Counted from the stretch's first letter, positions 44,979 to 54,897 are shown. The stretch: DNA of 64,000 bases from Candidatus Nomurabacteria bacterium (GCA_020632195.1 JACKGA010000002.1:66896-130895); one strand, 5' to 3'. Made by a program: numbers and translations. Notes: a model not told the origin generated them from the sequence alone.

Positions 44979-47900
44979 TTATCCCGTATACCGTTCAGTC
45001 AAGGTAACCCCATTATCAAGGGTTACCACATCATCACAACCAAGGAGTTCATTCATCCATCGTTCTGATGATTGATAGAAGAATCCTGTAGCATGGGTAA
45101 GGTTCCATGGGGTGAGGACTTGGGTGTAGTGTTTGGTTTGCCATTGTCCTACAGCTTGTGCTGTTTTGATACCATAGATACCGTCTATGGTACCTGGATT
45201 GAATCCTTGTTCCAAGAGAGTTTGTTGGAGGAGTTTTACTTCTTTAATAATCGTTGATACTCCTACCTCTTGTTTTGCTTGTCCGGTAGATCCATCACGG
45301 TCTCCTTTCTTTAGGTGTTGGGTAAAGATAGGGCAAGTGTTGTTCTCTGCTGATACATTACCTGTTTGTACTGATCCTTCAGTAAGGTTTGAGTTGATTT
45401 CTGCATTGTATTCATATTCACAGAGTGATTGTTTGTGACGGCCAAAGTTTGAGTCGTCGTAGTTGGTGGCTGAGGGGTCTTGGCAGAGATAGCGGACGGA
45501 GCCTCCGTGGGAGGTTGAGGCTGAAGGAAGTACATAGGTGCCTACGGAGGTGTTTCCTGCAGTATCCGTAGCCGTAGCGGTAATAGTGTCACCTGTACGT
45601 GGTGTTGGTTGTGGGTTTTGACATTCCCACACCCCTCCTGTGACAACGATGGGGTCGTTGTCACAGGTAATACCGGTGAGGGTGATGGTTGATCCGTCTT
45701 CTCCTGTTCCAGAGATAGTGGTGTCACCTTCTGCTACAGGATCAATGATGGGAGTGGTTGGTGCAGTGAGGTCGATACCACCTGGGGCTGTAGCGGCTGA
45801 GATATTACCAAAGTCATCCGTAGCAGTAGCTGTAAGGTCTTCTCCATCCACAGGGGTTGGGGTAAGAGTACAGCTGTAGTTCCCTGCCGTGTCTGCGGTA
45901 GTGGTACAGGTGGCACCACTAGGGGTGGTAATAACTACAGTACTATTGGGTTCTGCGGTACCTGATGCAGGTGTGCCGGTGGTAGGGCTGTTGAGGGTGG
46001 TTGTGGTAATCGTAGTGTCGATCGTGATTGTTAATGCTGGTGATGCCACTGAGGTGTTGTTGAAGCTGTCTGTTTCGGTGGTGGTAAGGGCGTAGACACC
46101 ATCAGAGAGAGCTATGGGGATGGGAGTGGTACCAAGGGCAGTACATGCAACCGTATCTGTAGAAACACTATCAACAAAGAGTTCGATTGTTGAATTGAGT
46201 TCAGTACAGATAACATCAATAGTAAGTGACGTGAGGTTGGTTTGATTGTCAGTATCTGATGGTCCTGCGTCTGAGGTAGCTTGGAGGTCTGGTAGTGCTG
46301 GTTGTGCAGGTGGTGTCACATCAATTGCATATCCTGTTTCTGTTACGGTATTGGTATTCCCTGCAACATCAAGAGCGTTTACTTGGATATCTCCAGTACC
46401 AGTGTTGGCATCGACTTGGAGTGTACAGTCAACACGTGTAGCGGTGGTTTGGGTACAGATAGTATTTGAAAGTGAGAATGATCCCGTGGTGTTGGTTGCA
46501 GTGATGGTAATATCATTGGCATTGATGGCCGTATCATCAGTAATGGTGATGGTGGTGTTGGTGATGATATCATTGTTGGTTTTGGTAGGTGCGGTAACGG
46601 TGATGGTTGGCGGTATGGTTTCAATGATGAATGATTGGTTGTTTTTACCTACCGCTGTGTTGATGAAATCGACAGCAGATACGGTGATGGTTCCTGTAGA
46701 GGTAACACCAAGAATTTCACAGGTTACGGGTTGTACCAATGGAACAGAGGCAAGGTTGATGAGAGTGTTGTTTCCATCAGTACAATCACCAAAAGTAGCC
46801 CCGGTACCACCATCATTCAAAGAGATGAGTCCGAGACTATTGCCTGATGGGGTTGAGATGGTTACGGAAGCATCGTTGATGGTGGTGTTAGAGATTGTCG
46901 TTGGGGTGTTGAAGGTTACGAGAGGTACAAAGCGTACTTCTGATTCACTACTGTTCCCTGCGGTGTCATATACCCGTACGGTGATCTCGTGATAGAACGG
47001 AAGGATGAGGAGTCCGTTAGGGTCAAGGGCAAGGGTAGCGGGTGAAGTGGCGGGAGTGAGTGTAGTGGGAGTACCCGTGCTATCAACATAGTCGATTTCA
47101 TAGTAGTCGATAGCGACATTATCAAGTGATGAGAAGGTGACGATCGGGTTGTTTTCTCCATTGGTAGTAACGTCAATGGATACACTTGGTGTTTGTGGGT
47201 CTACCGTGTCGATAATGTAGTTTGATTCGATAGCATAGCCACCTTGGGTAGTGGTGAGAATGAGATCTCCTGAAGTGTCGATAGAGATGGTGCAGTCTAC
47301 TTGGGTAGTCGTGGTTTGGGTACAGTTCAGGTTTGAGTAGCCTGCGGTGTTATTGGTATGTACTTGTACCTCACTTGCGAGAATACCATTGTCATTGGTG
47401 ACTTGGATGGTGGTGTCGGTGATAGAGGTGTTGTCGAGTTTGGTGGTGGGAGTGATGGTGATGTTGGTGGCCCAGGCGAGGCGAGCGATGCGGTTAGTGG
47501 TGGTGCCGTTGTAGGAGGTGAATTGCCCGCCAACAACAATCTTGCCATCTTGCTGTAACGCAAGACCGTAAACATAATGGTTAAAACCAGTTCCAATATT
47601 AAAAGTAGTATCAAGTGAACCATCGGGGTTGAGAGAAAGAATACGATTACGATTAGCACCAGTGAAGGATCCTCCTGCAAAAACTCTCCCGTTTAAATCA
47701 AGTCCGAGGTCGTAGATATAGCCACTAAATGAGGGGGTAGTAAAAGTAGAATCAAGAGAACCATCGGAATTCAAACGGGGGACACGGGTAGAGATTCCAT
47801 TAAAAGATGTGAAAAGACCACTTACTAGAATTTTAGCATCTGGCTGAATTTTAATGGCTCGAACAATGTTATTAAAACCAGTTCCAATATTAAAAGTAGT

Positions 47901-48641
47901 ATCAAGTGAACCATCGGGGTTGAGGCGAGCAAGACGTACTCGAGAAGCCCCGTTAAAGGATGAAAAACTCCCCCCAGCCAGAATCTTTCCATCAGGCTGT
48001 AACGCAAGACTGTAAACATAATGGTTAAAACCAGTTCCAATATTAAAAGTAGTATCAAATGAACCATCGGGGTTGAGGCGGGTGATGGACCTGCTCAAGA
48101 TACCATTATATGAAGAAAACCCGCCGCTGAGAATAATCTTCTCATCAGGCTGTATTGCAATAGATAATACTAGGTTATTTAGACCTAATCCTGTATCAAA
48201 AGTAGTATCTAAAGTTCCATCAGAATTAAGGCGAGTAATATTAGATACCAAACCACCATCATAAGTAGTAAACTGACCTCCTACTAAAATCTTACCGTCT
48301 GATTGAATAGCAGTAGTGTACACAGTTCCATCAAACCCTGTCCCTGTATTAAAAGTAGTATCAAGTGAACCATCGGGGTTAAGGCGGGTGATGCGATTAG
48401 CAACAACTCCCTGATAAGCGGTAAACTGACCTCCTACTAACATTTTTCCATCTGGTTGAATTTCCACAACTCGAACAATACCATTAAAACCAGACCCACT
48501 ATCAAACGTAGCATCCAACGTCCCATCAGAAGCAAAAGCTGTTCCCGTGAAGAAGAGGAAGGATGTGAGGGTGATGGCTATAGTAGCGAGGATAAGCAGT
48601 ATATTTTTAATATGGGGCGTGGTGGTGAAAAAGTTTTTCAT
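44979..48641 (-). CDS. giant cell-surface protein: N-terminal anchor, about 7 delta-60-type beta-propeller repeats, T-rich Ig-like domains, C-terminal peptidoglycan-binding domain
   Basis: Hydrophobic N-terminus ILLILATIAITLTSFLFF. The repeated LNPDGSLDTTFNxGTGFN...LQPDGKILVGG units resemble the delta-60 repeat. Several DxAGN(T/S)S Ig-like modules are present. The C-terminal LLQQTLLEQGFNPGTIDGIYGIKTAQAV resembles a PG_binding_1 motif. Confidence 0.88.
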   Translation of the reverse strand: MKNFFTTTPHIKNILLILATIAITLTSFLFFTGTAFASDGTLDATFDSGSGFNGIVRVVEIQPDGKMLVGGQFTAYQGVVANRITRLNPDGSLDTTFNTGTGFDGTVYTTAIQSDGKILVGGQFTTYDGGLVSNITRLNSDGTLDTTFDTGLGLNNLVLSIAIQPDEKIILSGGFSSYNGILSRSITRLNPDGSFDTTFNIGTGFNHYVYSLALQPDGKILAGGSFSSFNGASRVRLARLNPDGSLDTTFNIGTGFNNIVRAIKIQPDAKILVSGLFTSFNGISTRVPRLNSDGSLDSTFTTPSFSGYIYDLGLDLNGRVFAGGSFTGANRNRILSLNPDGSLDTTFNIGTGFNHYVYGLALQQDGKIVVGGQFTSYNGTTTNRIARLAWATNITITPTTKLDNTSITDTTIQVTNDNGILASEVQVHTNNTAGYSNLNCTQTTTTQVDCTISIDTSGDLILTTTQGGYAIESNYIIDTVDPQTPSVSIDVTTNGENNPIVTFSSLDNVAIDYYEIDYVDSTGTPTTLTPATSPATLALDPNGLLILPFYHEITVRVYDTAGNSSESEVRFVPLVTFNTPTTISNTTINDASVTISTPSGNSLGLISLNDGGTGATFGDCTDGNNTLINLASVPLVQPVTCEILGVTSTGTITVSAVDFINTAVGKNNQSFIIETIPPTITVTAPTKTNNDIITNTTITITDDTAINANDITITATNTTGSFSLSNTICTQTTATRVDCTLQVDANTGTGDIQVNALDVAGNTNTVTETGYAIDVTPPAQPALPDLQATSDAGPSDTDNQTNLTSLTIDVICTELNSTIELFVDSVSTDTVACTALGTTPIPIALSDGVYALTTTETDSFNNTSVASPALTITIDTTITTTTLNSPTTGTPASGTAEPNSTVVITTPSGATCTTTADTAGNYSCTLTPTPVDGEDLTATATDDFGNISAATAPGGIDLTAPTTPIIDPVAEGDTTISGTGEDGSTITLTGITCDNDPIVVTGGVWECQNPQPTPRTGDTITATATDTAGNTSVGTYVLPSASTSHGGSVRYLCQDPSATNYDDSNFGRHKQSLCEYEYNAEINSNLTEGSVQTGNVSAENNTCPIFTQHLKKGDRDGSTGQAKQEVGVSTIIKEVKLLQQTLLEQGFNPGTIDGIYGIKTAQAVGQWQTKHYTQVLTPWNLTHATGFFYQSSERWMNELLGCDDVVTLDNGVTLTERYTG

Positions 48642-48774
48642 GATATATGTGTATTTTTTTAATTAAAAATATTCATCTGGAAAAGGATGAATGTTTACTA
48701 ATAAATTAATGCTTGTATTGTAGCATAAAATAATACAATTATAAACTACTTGTGTGTGGCGTCTTTCTGAAATC

Positions 48775-48783
48775 TGCTATACT
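48775..48783 (+). promoter_or_regulatory. extended -10 TGcTATACT 8 nt upstream of ATG 48792
   Basis: Read directly. Confidence 0.5.
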
Positions 48784-48791
48784 AGCTCCAT

Positions 48792-49820
48792 ATGACTACT
48801 AAACCACAGGTACAATTCATGTCTATCGGTGATATCCTTATCGATGCCTTTATCAAACTTGATCCTCATTTCGCCCATACTGAAGTCGAAGAAAACGAAA
48901 CCGAGCTTTGTATGCCCTGGGGCAGCAAGGTTCCCTATCAACGTGTCGATGTGGTAAAAGCAGTCGGTAATGGTCCCAATGCTGCGGCTAGTGCAGCACG
49001 CCTAGGATTGTCCTCAGCAAGCATGTGCCATGTTGGTAATGACGAATTCGGTACTGATTGTATCAAAGCGCTTGAAAAAAATGGTGTTGTTACTGATTTT
49101 GTCACGACTGAAGAAGGACAACAGACCAACTACCATTATGTCCTCTCGCTCAATGCTGAGCGAACCATCCTCATCAAACATGCACACTTCACGTATGATC
49201 TCAAAAAACAGCTGGCAGATGCGCCGGTTCCAGAGTGGGTATACTTTACCTCGGTAGCTGAAAACGCACTTCCCTATCACGAAGAAATTGCCCAGTGGGT
49301 GCAAGAAAATAATATCAAAATGGCATTCCAGCCTGGTTCATACCAAATTTTCCTCGGATATGAAAAACTCAAATCTATCTACGAGGCAACTGAATTGTTT
49401 TTCTGTAATGTAGAAGAAGCACGTAGTATCTTGAAGCCGGTTATTGGCAACAGTGCGCAAGACCTATCGGTTGAGGATTTGTTAAAAGAAATGCATACGC
49501 TGGGTCCGAATATTGTCTGTATTACTGACGGCGCACAAGGCGCCTACGCATATGATGGCGAGCACGCGTGGTTCATGCCGATCTACCCTGACCCTGCACC
49601 ACCAGTCGACCGCACGGGAGCGGGCGATAGTTTTTCTAGCACCTTTACCTCAGCGCTTGCGCTTGGGCACGATATACCAACAGCACTCTCATGGGGGCCT
49701 ATCAATTCAATGTCGGTCGTGCAATATATTGGCGCACAAGAAGGACTTTTGTCGCGAGAAAAACTCGAAGAATATCTTGCACATGCACCAGAGAACTATG
49801 TAGCGAAACAACTTTTCTAG
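48792..49820 (+). CDS. PfkB-family carbohydrate kinase
   Basis: N-terminal GDILIDAF, GNGPNAA and the C-terminal PfkB signature DRTGAGDSFSSTF. Confidence 0.85.
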   Translation: MTTKPQVQFMSIGDILIDAFIKLDPHFAHTEVEENETELCMPWGSKVPYQRVDVVKAVGNGPNAAASAARLGLSSASMCHVGNDEFGTDCIKALEKNGVVTDFVTTEEGQQTNYHYVLSLNAERTILIKHAHFTYDLKKQLADAPVPEWVYFTSVAENALPYHEEIAQWVQENNIKMAFQPGSYQIFLGYEKLKSIYEATELFFCNVEEARSILKPVIGNSAQDLSVEDLLKEMHTLGPNIVCITDGAQGAYAYDGEHAWFMPIYPDPAPPVDRTGAGDSFSSTFTSALALGHDIPTALSWGPINSMSVVQYIGAQEGLLSREKLEEYLAHAPENYVAKQLF

Positions 49821-49856
49821 TCCATCTGTTTCTTTCTATCGTAGTTTCATCACCGT

Positions 49857-50636
49857 ATGAACTTTAACCCCGACCACAAACCACAACACGAAACAGACCA
49901 TGAAGAAAACCAGGCTCTTCTTGATTTTAATTATGCCTATCACTATTATGAGAATAGCTTAAAAGACAAAGCAGATGCGCTGGTCTCTACTTTGTCTCCA
50001 GAAGAAAGAGACCTATTGACGAACCATGAAGTTACTAAGCTTAAATACAAGCACTATCAAAGTCTTCTTGAGAAAGGTGATTTTAAAGACGACCCCCAAC
50101 AAGAAGATTTTTATCTCAAGAAGCTCATAGTATTACAGCCTCAATACCTCACGCTCTCAAAGGATTTTCAAGAAAATAAGGCAATACAAGAAGTATTACA
50201 GAAAAGAAAGGATCTTCTTTCTTCTATAACACCTCAGAAAGATCTTTTTCCGCATGAACGGCAAGAGATTGAAGAGTCCTATTACCAACATCTTGTCATG
50301 CGAGCCCAGGATATCCTGGACGGTCTCGATGAAGAAGATCAGACAAGATATCGCTACTATCTCGAACTCATTGATGAGTATCAAATGATACAAGATGAAA
50401 TTGAGACGCTTGAAACTCAGAAGAAAATAAATGAAGAACTCAAAGAAATTCCACGGCTCAATGCTGCAACACCCTTTACAGAAGCAGACGGGGCTCATCT
50501 GCGTAATCTCAATTCTTCTCTGTCTTCCCTCGATGCCGTATTACAAGACCTTGATGAGTATTTTGAACAAAGCCCGGAACTCACAGAAATTTTTGAGATT
50601 CACGAATATGCGAGGCGCCACCATAAGCAATTATAA
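49857..50636 (+). CDS. hypothetical helical/acidic protein
   Basis: 259-aa ORF, E/Q/L-rich, followed by a strong terminator. No family recognised. Confidence 0.5.
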   Translation: MNFNPDHKPQHETDHEENQALLDFNYAYHYYENSLKDKADALVSTLSPEERDLLTNHEVTKLKYKHYQSLLEKGDFKDDPQQEDFYLKKLIVLQPQYLTLSKDFQENKAIQEVLQKRKDLLSSITPQKDLFPHERQEIEESYYQHLVMRAQDILDGLDEEDQTRYRYYLELIDEYQMIQDEIETLETQKKINEELKEIPRLNAATPFTEADGAHLRNLNSSLSSLDAVLQDLDEYFEQSPELTEIFEIHEYARRHHKQL

Positions 50637-50693
50637 AAACCGCATAGGTAGTTTTTATTAACAATGAAGACCGAAGGATGAGACAGGAAGCAT

Positions 50694-50731
50694 AAGATAA
50701 AAGACCATACGAAGTATGGTCTTTTATCTTT
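50694..50731. terminator. 17-bp perfect hairpin (aagataaaagaccatac-gaa-gtatggtcttttatctt)
   Basis: Read directly. Confidence 0.7.
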
Positions 50732-50774
50732 GAGCTATCAGAGTTTCTTTATATTGGGTGTTTTTAGAAAAATC

Positions 50775-50888
50775 CTATCCCTCACAACTCGTACATACTT
50801 CACCGACGGTTTGAACTTTTTGTTCACCTATTGGCGAGTCGCTCGTAAAGGGATCTTGAAATTGTTGTGTAGTATTTAATGTATGCAT
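50775..50888 (-). CDS. possible 37-aa peptide (MHTLNTTQQFQDPFTSDSPIGEQKVQTVGEVCTSCEG)
   Basis: Below the track cutoff. It sits about 45 nt upstream (minus strand) of the 50694 hairpin in an otherwise ORF-free 450-bp gap. There is no SD or clear promoter. Confidence 0.2.
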   Translation of the reverse strand: MHTLNTTQQFQDPFTSDSPIGEQKVQTVGEVCTSCEG

Positions 50889-51085
50889 ATACCATACATC
50901 ATATCACATATGAAAATATATTTACAAATGCTGATCGTCTTTCTCAAAAAGGTTAGATACAAGAATAGTAAACTCTTTTTATACCGCTCATGACACCTCG
51001 TATACGATCTTGATAGTCCTATCTTTGGTATCAGAGCTATTTCTTAGGTTCATTCAAACAATCAATAACGTTTATCTCCTTATTT

Positions 51086-52066
51086 TTAACTGGCAACATT
51101 TTTAATAACATTTTTAATATTCTCTATATCCAATCCATATTCTGTATATAATTCTTCTTTGTTCCCCGACTGTCCAAATCTATCATGGATCCCGATAAAG
51201 GTGATGGGCTTTGGTAATTCTTGTGCCAGTAATTCTGCCACCGCACTCCCCATCCCACCAGCGATTTGATGTTCTTCGATAGTGATCACCTGGCCTGATT
51301 TTTTCACGTGTTCAAGAATGGTTGTCGAATCCAGCGGCTTGATCGTCGCGAGATTGATCACCGTTGTATCGACTTGATGCTCAAGTGCTTTTGCTGCTTG
51401 CAGCGCCTGATAGACCATATCTCCACAAGCAATAATCGTAACTGCAGGATCTTCTGATTGCCACACCACTTGTGCTTTGCCGATTTCAAAGGGTGTTTCA
51501 TCTGTCGTGAAAACGGGGGCTTTTTCGCGTGCCAAACGAATATATACGGGACCATCGTGTGTTGCTGCGGCATGTGTGGCTTTATAGGCTTCATTACTAT
51601 CAGCTGGTACGAGTACAGTCATATGTGGCAAAACACGTGTAATTGCAATATCTTCGAGTGCTTGGTGTGTCGCCCCATCGGGACCAACAGAAATCCCGGC
51701 GTGGCTGCCGACGATTTTTACATTGGTTTCATTCAGACAGATAGTCGTGCGGATTTGTTCCCAATTACGTCCAGGATTGAATGTCGCATAGCTAGCAATA
51801 AACGGAATTTTTCCAGCAGCGGCCATGCCCGCTCCCACGGTTGCGAGATTTTGCTCAGCAACACCAATTTCTACATAGCGATCAGGAAAGGTTTCCTGAA
51901 ACCACTGCATGCGTGTCGATTCTGCCAAATCAGCACAGAGTGCTACAATATTTTCGTCTTTTTTCCCTGCATCAACGAGCCCTCTACCAAAGCCATTACG
52001 TGTCGGCTCAAGCGGTAGATCAGGAGTAAATATGTTTGGATTGAGGTGCTGGTTGTGTGGAATCAT
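51086..52066 (-). CDS. tkt: transketolase, C-terminal subunit (pyrimidine-binding plus C-terminal domains)
   Basis: FPDRYVEIGVAEQNLATVGAGMAAAG and GPDGATHQALEDIA motifs. Confidence 0.92.
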   Translation of the reverse strand: MIPHNQHLNPNIFTPDLPLEPTRNGFGRGLVDAGKKDENIVALCADLAESTRMQWFQETFPDRYVEIGVAEQNLATVGAGMAAAGKIPFIASYATFNPGRNWEQIRTTICLNETNVKIVGSHAGISVGPDGATHQALEDIAITRVLPHMTVLVPADSNEAYKATHAAATHDGPVYIRLAREKAPVFTTDETPFEIGKAQVVWQSEDPAVTIIACGDMVYQALQAAKALEHQVDTTVINLATIKPLDSTTILEHVKKSGQVITIEEHQIAGGMGSAVAELLAQELPKPITFIGIHDRFGQSGNKEELYTEYGLDIENIKNVIKNVAS

Positions 52067-52077
52067 GCTAGATCAAA

Positions 52078-52416
52078 TTATGCGGCATCATCGAAATGAG
52101 AAAAATCTTTATGAGGAAAAGTGCGCTTGAGGAACTCAAGAACTTGATCTTTCGTCACTTCTTCAAATTCAGGATCTTCGGTAAAATTTTTGTTGCGTTC
52201 TTGAGCGGCAGCAAATTCTTCTGGAAAATCTTCTCTATAACGAGCAATCTTTTTCTTTTCTTCATCAGAAAAAAGATCGATTTCACCACTTTCTTGGCGA
52301 TCAAGAAGCTCTCGTAATTCATCAACAATACTTTCTGCAAGTTGTGGTTTCAGCTGCTCCTCCAGAGAAGGGGTCGTTGGCTGCTTTGTTTGTGGCGCTT
52401 CAAAATTAAATTTCAT
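52078..52416 (-). CDS. hypothetical acidic protein inserted between the two transketolase halves
   Basis: 112 aa and E/D/K-rich. It is tightly packed, 11 nt from tktC and 21 nt from tktN. No family recognised. Confidence 0.5.
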   Translation of the reverse strand: MKFNFEAPQTKQPTTPSLEEQLKPQLAESIVDELRELLDRQESGEIDLFSDEEKKKIARYREDFPEEFAAAQERNKNFTEDPEFEEVTKDQVLEFLKRTFPHKDFSHFDDAA

Positions 52417-52437
52417 AGATATCTATACTATAACTAC

Positions 52438-53295
52438 TTATGCAGTTTCTTCAAGTCTTCCCTGCAAAGTTCTCAACTCATTAAGCCATTTTTGTTCTTC
52501 TTCGGTGCTTGGTGGTTTGCCATGCCAATGATAGTCGTACTCGATTTCTTTAATTCCTTTCCCTGCAATGGTCCGTGCAATGATTACGGTCGGCTTTTCG
52601 ACCACCGCCTGCGCTTCACCAATGGCATCGATAAACTGCCTGATATTGTGCCCATCAACTTCCAATACATGCCAACCAAAAGCTTTCCATTTGTCTACCA
52701 AGGGTTCGAGCGGCATGACATTTTCGGTCATACCATTGATTTGGATATTATTTCTATCTACCACCACAATCAAGTTGCCAAGTTTCTGAGCTGCTGCAAA
52801 CATCATACTTTCCCAGATATTTCCTTCATTCAGCTCACCGTCACCCGTCAGGCAGTATACAAAATGCTTTTTATTATCCATACGCGCTGCCAATGCCATC
52901 CCTGCTGCTTGCCCAAGCCCCTCACCTAGTGGACCCGATGTCGTCTCAAGCCCAGGAAGTGCCAAGCGCTCTGGGTGCCCCTGAAGGCGTGAGCCGAATT
53001 TACGCAATGTCGCAAGTTCGTCTAGGGGGAAATACCCAGCATGTGCCATCGTCGCGTAACGCACCGGTACAATATGCCCATTGGAAAGAATCAATCGATC
53101 TCGTTCGTCCCAATTCGGATTCTTTGGATCATGATTGAGAATATGAAAATACAATGCCGTAAAAATATCAGCCATATCCAAAGGTCCTGCAGTATGCCCT
53201 GAACCAGCGTCTTCGAGCATGTCGATAATGCTCATGCGGACTTCGTTGGCTTTGATTTGTAGCTCATGCTCTTTTTCGGAAGTAAGGGGTATCAT
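52438..53295 (-). CDS. tkt: transketolase, N-terminal (ThDP-binding) subunit
   Basis: GSGHTAGPLDMADI, LSNGH and GDGELNEGNIWE motifs. ATG 53295 is preferred. Confidence 0.92.
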   Translation of the reverse strand: MIPLTSEKEHELQIKANEVRMSIIDMLEDAGSGHTAGPLDMADIFTALYFHILNHDPKNPNWDERDRLILSNGHIVPVRYATMAHAGYFPLDELATLRKFGSRLQGHPERLALPGLETTSGPLGEGLGQAAGMALAARMDNKKHFVYCLTGDGELNEGNIWESMMFAAAQKLGNLIVVVDRNNIQINGMTENVMPLEPLVDKWKAFGWHVLEVDGHNIRQFIDAIGEAQAVVEKPTVIIARTIAGKGIKEIEYDYHWHGKPPSTEEEQKWLNELRTLQGRLEETA

Positions 53296-53301
53296 GAGTA
53301 C

Positions 53302-53310
53302 ATTGTAGCA
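53302..53310 (-). promoter_or_regulatory. extended -10 TGcTACAAT 6 nt upstream of the tktN ATG
   Basis: Minus strand reads cttgcTACAATgtactcATG. Confidence 0.5.
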
Positions 53311-53400
53311 AGAAAACAAGGAAAAAACAGCATCAAAAATACCCATCCGTAAGATGAATGGGTATTTTAAAATAAATAATAGTACTTGCGCTGGGTGCGC

Positions 53401-53637
53401 TTATTTTTTTATATCTTCCTGATTTCTATGCAAAAGAAGAAAAGATATTATAGAAATAAAAAGGATTCCAAGCCAAGATACAATGAGAGCAATATCTCCT
53501 TTTATATCTGTTGGGAAATTTAAAAAATCCTTGAATTTATCACTGAATACATCATTCGGCAACAGGAGATATAACAATATCCAAACTGCAGTAGCAGCCA
53601 ATACTATAGTACTTACAAATCTTATAAACTTTTTCAT
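53401..53637 (-). CDS. hypothetical two-helix membrane protein
   Basis: 78 aa with two hydrophobic segments. Confidence 0.4.
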   Translation of the reverse strand: MKKFIRFVSTIVLAATAVWILLYLLLPNDVFSDKFKDFLNFPTDIKGDIALIVSWLGILFISIISFLLLHRNQEDIKK

Positions 53638-53741
53638 AACTTTTTGTTTTTCTTTTTAATGAACAATATGTTTACCATAGCATTAACCCAGAGAATAACA
53701 AGTTGCGAGTATGCAAAAAATGTCTATGATGAGGACTATCT

Positions 53742-54815
53742 ATGCATAAAGAACTCAAAAATACTCTTTCCCGCACAGAAGGGATGGCAAAGCTCGCTGC
53801 CGAGAGTTTTGATCGCGTCACGGTTTCTTTTTATAAATATGTTCGTCTCGATAACGTACATACTTTGCGCGATGAAATATTTGCCCGATGGGATACCTTG
53901 GGTGTACTCGGACGTATTTACCTCGCCGAGGAAGGCATCAATGCACAATGTTCAGTCCCTGAACATCATTGGGATACTTTTGTCGCAGATCTCTATTCTA
54001 TTCCCGCATTCAAAGATATACCTTTCAAAATTGGGGTTCTCCAGAATCCAGCATCTTTCTGGAAGCTTATTATCAAAGTCAAAAAGCAAATTGTTGCCGA
54101 TGGGCTGACGATTGAGGATTATGATATCGAAAACGTAGGTACACACCTCACTGCCGAAGAATTTAACACTGCTCTGCAAGATCCCGACACAATCGTGGTG
54201 GATATGCGTAATCACTATGAATCAGAAATTGGACACTTCAATGGTGCATGGTGTCCACCCGTCGATACATTCCGTGAGCAATTACCTATGGTTGCTGAAG
54301 AATTGAAAGAGAAAAAAGATAAAAAAGTCCTGCTCTACTGTACGGGCGGAATCCGTTGTGAAAAAGCCAGCGCCTATCTCAAGCATCAAGGATTCGAAGA
54401 TGTGAATCAGCTCCATGGCGGCGTCATAGCATATACTCATCAAGTGCGCGAAAAAGATCTCGATTGTAACTTCAAAGGATCAAATTACGTCTTCGACGAT
54501 CGCATCCGAGAAAATATCTCTGGTGAAGTCATCTCACACTGTCATCAATGTGGCAATACGTGTGATCTTCATACCAACTGTATCAATCGTGCGTGCAATC
54601 TCCTATTCATCCAATGCTCTTCTTGCAAGGAAAAAATGAATAATACATGTAGTAAAAAATGTAAAAAGATTTCTCTCTGGCCAGAAGAAAAACAAAAAGC
54701 TTATGTCAAAAAACATGGCGCCATGACTCAGGCAAAATTCTCGAAATCTTTGCAGGCCAAAAAAATGCTAGGAAAGAAAAGTCCGTGGGAAAAATTGGTA
54801 GGAATTTTTAAGTAG
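53742..54815 (+). CDS. trhO: rhodanese-domain tRNA uridine(34) hydroxylase (TrhO/YceA, UPF0176)
   Basis: Rhodanese active-site loop CTGGIRCEKASAYL and a Cys-rich C-terminal tail typical of the family. Confidence 0.85.
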   Translation: MHKELKNTLSRTEGMAKLAAESFDRVTVSFYKYVRLDNVHTLRDEIFARWDTLGVLGRIYLAEEGINAQCSVPEHHWDTFVADLYSIPAFKDIPFKIGVLQNPASFWKLIIKVKKQIVADGLTIEDYDIENVGTHLTAEEFNTALQDPDTIVVDMRNHYESEIGHFNGAWCPPVDTFREQLPMVAEELKEKKDKKVLLYCTGGIRCEKASAYLKHQGFEDVNQLHGGVIAYTHQVREKDLDCNFKGSNYVFDDRIRENISGEVISHCHQCGNTCDLHTNCINRACNLLFIQCSSCKEKMNNTCSKKCKKISLWPEEKQKAYVKKHGAMTQAKFSKSLQAKKMLGKKSPWEKLVGIFK

Positions 54816-54831
54816 GATATCTCTCCTCGGG

Positions 54832-54897
54832 GTGTCATCCCCGCGAAAGCGGGGATCTAAGTAATTGCGTTGGATCCTGACATTCGTCAGGATGACA
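54832..54897. mobile_element. MITE-like element, short 66-bp copy
   Basis: gtgtcatccccgcgaaagcggggatc...tggatcc...caggatgacaa shares the ends, the CCCCGC hairpin and the GGATCC core with the other copies. It lies between convergent trhO and the rpe-like gene. Confidence 0.65.

Noticed and set aside
47552-48077. Near-identical 82-nt segments in the surface-protein gene as a diversity-generating retroelement TR/VR pair
   Set aside because: No reverse transcriptase is present in the window. Both copies are coding propeller repeats. The two mismatches are C/T and G/A changes rather than adenine-specific substitutions.
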